From contig OZ024747.1 of the NCBI GenBank assembly GCA_964016885.1, positions 55,490,001 through 55,554,000 on the forward strand: 64,000 nt of DNA, given 5' to 3'. The stretch comes from Eledone cirrhosa. Its lineage: Eukaryota. A program made the position numbers and the translations under genes. Under the pieces are notes generated by a model that saw only the letters and a list, made by a program, of their open reading frames with translations, ran no database searches and was not told the DNA's origin. Shown here one piece after another: positions 58,101 through 64,000 of the stretch. Each line of letters starts with the position of its first letter. Within the stretch, counting starts at the first letter, position 1.

Positions 58101-59191
58101 TTCATCACTCGTAAATATATATGTGTGTGTGTACACCACTATACACAGGACTTACATTTCAACACAAGGCTAGACAGTATACTTGAAAACATGTTCTAGT
58201 GGCCAGGATTGGATTGGAATTAACGATGTCTCTTCCTTTCCTCTCAGACGACGTAATCTGCCTGAATTGTAAACACAACCGTTGTTTTATTTAACAACAA
58301 AATATATCTTTTAATACCAAAGATACAGAAAGTAACGTGAAAAGATATATTAAACGATTTGGAAAGTTCTACAAAATACATAATAACATTCTAAGCAATA
58401 TGTATTCATAGTAAGCACATAGAAGAGATAGAAAAATGCTGAGAAAACTACAGCACCAACAGTAGCACCAGACGCACCAACATCACCACTAACAACAACA
58501 ACAACGCTCCTGGAAAACATTGTCTTTGCTTCCAGAAAAAGAGGGAGGACGTGGAGATGGAATCTAAAGTGTTCAAGGAACAAATTCCAACACTGACACC
58601 AATGTCACTACGACCATCACCATCAATGGCATGTGGGCTAGAATGAGGCATGTGTGAAGTTTTCATTTCAGTTCAAATCCCGTTAAGGTCACATTTGCAT
58701 TTCATTTATTCTGATCGATGGAATGGAGTGTCAGTCGAGTAATGGTGGTCGATTCAAAATAGGAGATCGCACAGGACAAATGCTACGGAAAACTGGACAG
58801 TCTCATCTTCTCAGTCAACCTCTGGATATTACTACAGTTGCGGAGCATTAAGGTAGATTCGGGTCATTCCAGTGCACATTAGGAGATAACATAACAGGTA
58901 GAGATAATTTATGCGTTTCAGTGGAGTAAATATATAGAGACGAAATAGTATTCCAAGTGTGTTAATTGATAAAGAAGGGAGAGAACGGTACACGAGGGAT
59001 TAGACATAGAGTACATCAAAATAATATAAAGAAGGGAAATAGAAGAACAGAAAAGAATAGTATGAACTGCAGTATATATATGTATATATAGGGTGCCAAA
59101 AATATATATATATATATACATACTGCAATAGTATCCAAATAAATATTGCCTGTACATGTAATCAAAGTGTGTAAACACTATTGGGGGCACC

Positions 59192-59232
<41 letters not shown>

Positions 59233-59233
59233 T

Positions 59234-59424
<191 letters not shown>

Positions 59425-59444
59425 ATATATATATATATATATAT

Positions 59445-59906
59445 ATTTCGTTTCTGAATTTGTTTAGCAAGATTCTTTATCTGAAACCGTGTGTTGAAAC
59501 CGATATTGTTATACTTTGGGAGGGTCATGGTGCCAACAAGAAACACGCGCACCACTTGCTTTCACTTCAATTTATTATAAATTAAATTTATAAATTTCCG
59601 GTAGGTTGGTTGGTTCCACAACCAGACGATTGTTCATATATTGTCAAAGTTCTTTCGTCACACATGCTGTGACCTCTTCAGTGATGGGGAATTCTTTTCT
59701 TTGTTTTTGTGCCTCTCCTTTGTTCTGTCCTACGCCATCTTGTTGTGTGTGTGTGTTACATCCGGGTGTCTGTGTGTGTTTATATTTGTTTATTTATTTG
59801 TTTATTTACATGTTACTGGTTGGTTGTTTGTTTTGTAAATTGAAGTGAAACAACTGGTGCGTGTGTTTCTTATTGGCAACATGACCCTCCCAAAGTATAA
59901 CAATAT
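59445..59906 (-). mobile_element. Fold-back element, family J
   Basis: 59502-59572 inverted with 59835-59906; minus CTGAAGA-ggtcac(agcatgt)gtgac-GAAA at ~59652-59682. Confidence 0.75.
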
Positions 59907-59929
59907 ATATATATATATATGTATACATT

Positions 59930-60048
<119 letters not shown>

Positions 60049-60061
60049 ATATGTATATGTA

Positions 60062-60121
<60 letters not shown>

Positions 60122-60502
60122 CACAAACGTATATGAAATGTATATGTGTGTGTATTTATACATAACTACACATATATTAAGTAAAAACTAAAGAGCTAAC
60201 GAATGAAAGCTTGAAAAAACTTTACCACACTAGATAGAAGAGTGACAGAGATAGAGAGAAAGACAAACAGACATAGAGCAACTGTAAGAGAGGACTAACA
60301 GAAAGAAACGATATATATACATATATATACATATATATATACATATATACATATATATATACATATATATATATACATATATATACACATACGTATATAT
60401 ATAAACATATATATATATACATATATATATACACATATATACACATATATACATATATACGTATACATCTATATATGCTTATATAAATATGTATGCATAT
60501 AC

Positions 60503-60534
<32 letters not shown>

Positions 60535-60728
60535 GTACATATATATATATATATACATATATATGCATATATATATACATATATATATACATATATATAC
60601 ATATATATACATTTATATATATATATATATACATATATATATAAACATATATATACACACATATATATACATATATATATATATACATATATATACATAT
60701 ATATATATACATATACATATATATACAC

Positions 60729-60775
<47 letters not shown>

Positions 60776-60890
60776 CATACATATATATAAATACATATAT
60801 ATACATAAATATATATGAATACACATATATATATATATATATATATATAAATATATATACATATACATACATATATATATATATATATAT

Positions 60891-60985
<95 letters not shown>

Positions 60986-61445
60986 AGAAAGGTTGTTTTA
61001 GACAAGTATGTTAATCAAGATAATATAAGAAAACTATTTCCTTTGCTATAATTTCCATCAATTTCATCTCGTACAGTGCCATTTACTATGATGTTGGCTT
61101 GTGATAACCATATATCTGCATCTCTTCACTCTCTTCCTTAATTCAATTTCAGAAAATTGAGTTGAGATCTCGTTAATAATAACACCAGATATTACATAGT
61201 CATTGATCTCTCTCTTAATATATACATACCTATATAAATACATATATATATATGGATACATTCATATATACGTCTAGATATATCCATGAATATATGTATA
61301 TCTATTAATTTCTCTCCCTCTCCGCTTCTCTCTTTCTATACACACTCTCCCTCCTGCTGACACACACACACATATATATATATATAATAATATACATACA
61401 TATACATATTGCCATCTGGAAGAACGAATGTGAAATGATTATATG

Positions 61446-61495
<50 letters not shown>

Positions 61496-61496
61496 T

Positions 61497-61692
61497 AACG
61501 AAGGAAATGTGGTAAGGAACCAGGTGGACCATAACGCACCAAAGTACTCAATACTTAGGGTAGTAGAGTGGGTAATAGGAATAAGTAAGACCCCGTCGGC
61601 TGAGCTCAAGCCGTTTCGACGGCTAATTCTGGAGGTCCAGAATTAGCCGTCGTAACGGCTTGAGCTCAGCCGTCGGGATCTTCCTTGTTCCT
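61497..61692 (-). mobile_element. Family B fold-back element
   Basis: Tail then palindrome centred on aattctggaggtccagaatt. Confidence 0.85.
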
Positions 61693-61871
61693 ATATATAT
61701 ATCATCACTTTCTGCTGCTTAAACCATTTTTTTTGTTTACCCTAGCGTCCCCTTTATTTACGTGTCCCAACGACTTTTTTTTAGCCGTTGCTCGCACCAA
61801 CCTGAGGTATATGGCCTTTAATGCGACGAAATGCCTACGACGGTTGGATGGCCACTGATGAGGACAAACTT

Positions 61872-61911
<40 letters not shown>

Positions 61912-62279
61912 TATATTGTCACATTGTTGGAACAGAAGCAGCATCAAGAAAAAATAGAAAAGCAACAAATCCCAAATACTCCCTGGTTATAGAATGGATG
62001 AACAATTCGTTAAAACCTCATAAAGATGAACAGAACATGTCTGGATCCTAACCACAAACATACATGTAGAATATACTGCAAATACGGTATTGTATGTTCC
62101 GGTAACTTCCCACAATGTCGTAGGAGCGCCGTAGCGCCGTATTGATATACGGCGTATCTTGGGTATTTTGAACCTGGTGGAGCCCAGCCCTTTCTAGGCC
62201 TGAGTATAGCAGATTTTTTACTGAGAAAGACAGAAAGTGAGAGACGGGAAATGAGAAAGGGATATAGAAGAAGACTGGA

Positions 62280-62435
62280 CCCAGTACTTGACTGGTACTT
62301 TTATTTATCGACCTCGAAATGGTGAAATGCAAAACTGACCTCGGTGGGATTTGAACTCAGAAAGCAGCGAGCCCAAACGAATAACATAAATCATTCTATC
62401 CGACGTTTTAACGACTCTGCCAATTGATCGCCTTC
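62280..62435 (-). mobile_element. Diverged tRNA-type SINE
   Basis: ctggtacttttatttatcgacc...gggatttgaactcag...ctgccaatt. Confidence 0.75.
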
Positions 62436-62750
62436 GCTACAAGCATACCAAAGTAAAAAATAAATAAATCTTCATTTACATGCAACCATGATGTGGTAAA
62501 ATGTAAGCAAATGACCAAAGTGATAAATAAATTATAATACAGACAGAAATATAGGGAACTCCCTCACCAAAATCCTTACATTGTTAGACAAACACAACAA
62601 TTTCCCGTCAGCTACTCATACCAATGTGCACATACAACAATGAGCCAATAACACATTTCCATACAGAATATGAACAAAATTAGGTAGGATGACATTAGTC
62701 GATAGCTCCACAAACGTGGTGAACAACTATGGAAGCTCTCTAATATAATA

Positions 62751-63080
62751 TCTTCTTCTTCTTCTTCTTCTTCTTCTTCTTCTTCTTCTTCTTCTTCTTC
62801 TTCTTCTTCTTCTTCTTCTTCTTCTTCTTCTTCTTCTTCTTCACGCACTTATTTCTGAGTGGGTCGTAGGAGCAGAGTCCTCAATCACTCGTTCCAGCAG
62901 GTCCTGTCAGAAGCAACCATTTCCACATGATCTGACCGGATTCCCAATCGAGAGCAGCCAAGCTCATGGATGTTATCCAACCTACTTGATCGGGGTCTGT
63001 CCCTGGGTCTCCCGCCCTTTGGCTTCAACCATAAAATCTGTCCAGCAAGTTTTTTTCTTGAACAGTCTAACCCCATGTAA
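62751..63080 (-). mobile_element. 3' end of an RTE-type LINE with (GAA)n tail
   Basis: KPKGGRPRDRPRSSRLDNI..ASDRTCW; (TTC)n at 62751-62841. Confidence 0.7.
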
Positions 63081-63725
63081 ATTTAGCTGGGGGGTTTTTT
63101 TTAAGCTAGATGCCCCTCCTAACAACAATATATATATAAATGTGTGTGTGTGTATATATGTGAATATATGTGTATGTGTGTTGATAAAAGCAACACGACA
63201 GGACATGCCATTAGAGCAAACAATTAGAGTGTGGGTGTTTAAAACAAAGTATATCAAAAGTGAAAAAAGAGAAAAATGTAAATGGCATGGTTGTCAATAA
63301 TTCTACACAAATTATAAATGCGTGTACACGGTAAATAATTTACACCGCACATGATGTGGAGTATCTGACGTTTTGGTCTAAGCCTGTCAGCAGAGTAGAG
63401 TAAGAAAAGAAAGAACTTTAAAAATCTTACCAGTTTTGAGGACAGGTGTGGCATTTAACTTCATCCTGATCAATATATATACGTATTTCCTTGGTGTTGT
63501 TTTGTTTCTATATATGGGTATTGGTGAGGAACCCAACTAGGTCCCAATTTGGATTCAAGGTGCCCATCATTTGTTTCAATTTACATGAATATACGTGTAT
63601 TGGCAAGTTTTCATGTCAATATACTAAAAATGTGTAAATTTATATATACATTTATGCGAGCAAGGTTACGTCCATTCTTTAGATATACTGATACAATTTA
63701 ATCTCACACACACATATATATATAC

Positions 63726-63766
<41 letters not shown>

Positions 63767-63800
63767 CTAATTTATAATGTTATACAGTTAACTGTATCTA

Positions 63801-63892
<92 letters not shown>

Positions 63893-64000
63893 ATGTATAA
63901 AGTACATTGCTTCCATGATTCAAGGAACCGAAAATATCTTAGAATGTATCGATAAATTTGCTGATCTGCAATGTTATCAATGTCGTGGAACTAATTATTT

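Overview
AT-rich eukaryotic non-genic DNA dominated by (TA)n, (CATA)n, (CAT)n, (TG)n and (ATT)n microsatellites. The repeat content resembles an octopus/cephalopod genome (inference). No host protein-coding exon could be supported; almost all listed ORFs are microsatellite artefacts. Real coding sequence is all retroelement-derived: two Penelope-like (Naiad-type RT/GIY-YIG) elements, one near-intact full-length Tx1/L1-type LINE plus truncated copies, one R4/Dong-type fragment and several RTE-type fragments. There are about 13 copies of a tRNA-type SINE. Two systems stand out. (1) About 10 unrelated families of small (150-700 bp) fold-back elements sit in (TA)n tracts, most carrying an intact or decayed minimal type I hammerhead ribozyme. 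They include a 430-450 bp retrozyme-like unit, a U3-A8 core variant and hammerheads with long stem II insertions; one family is physically joined to a Penelope RT. (2) An (ATT)n-targeted guild: the Tx1-like LINE stacks in tandem in ATT repeats, a Dong-like element uses the same tract in the opposite orientation, and the SINE shares its 3' tail and ATTAT target with the Tx1-like LINE. All alignments and folds were done by eye, so coordinates may be off by a few bases.
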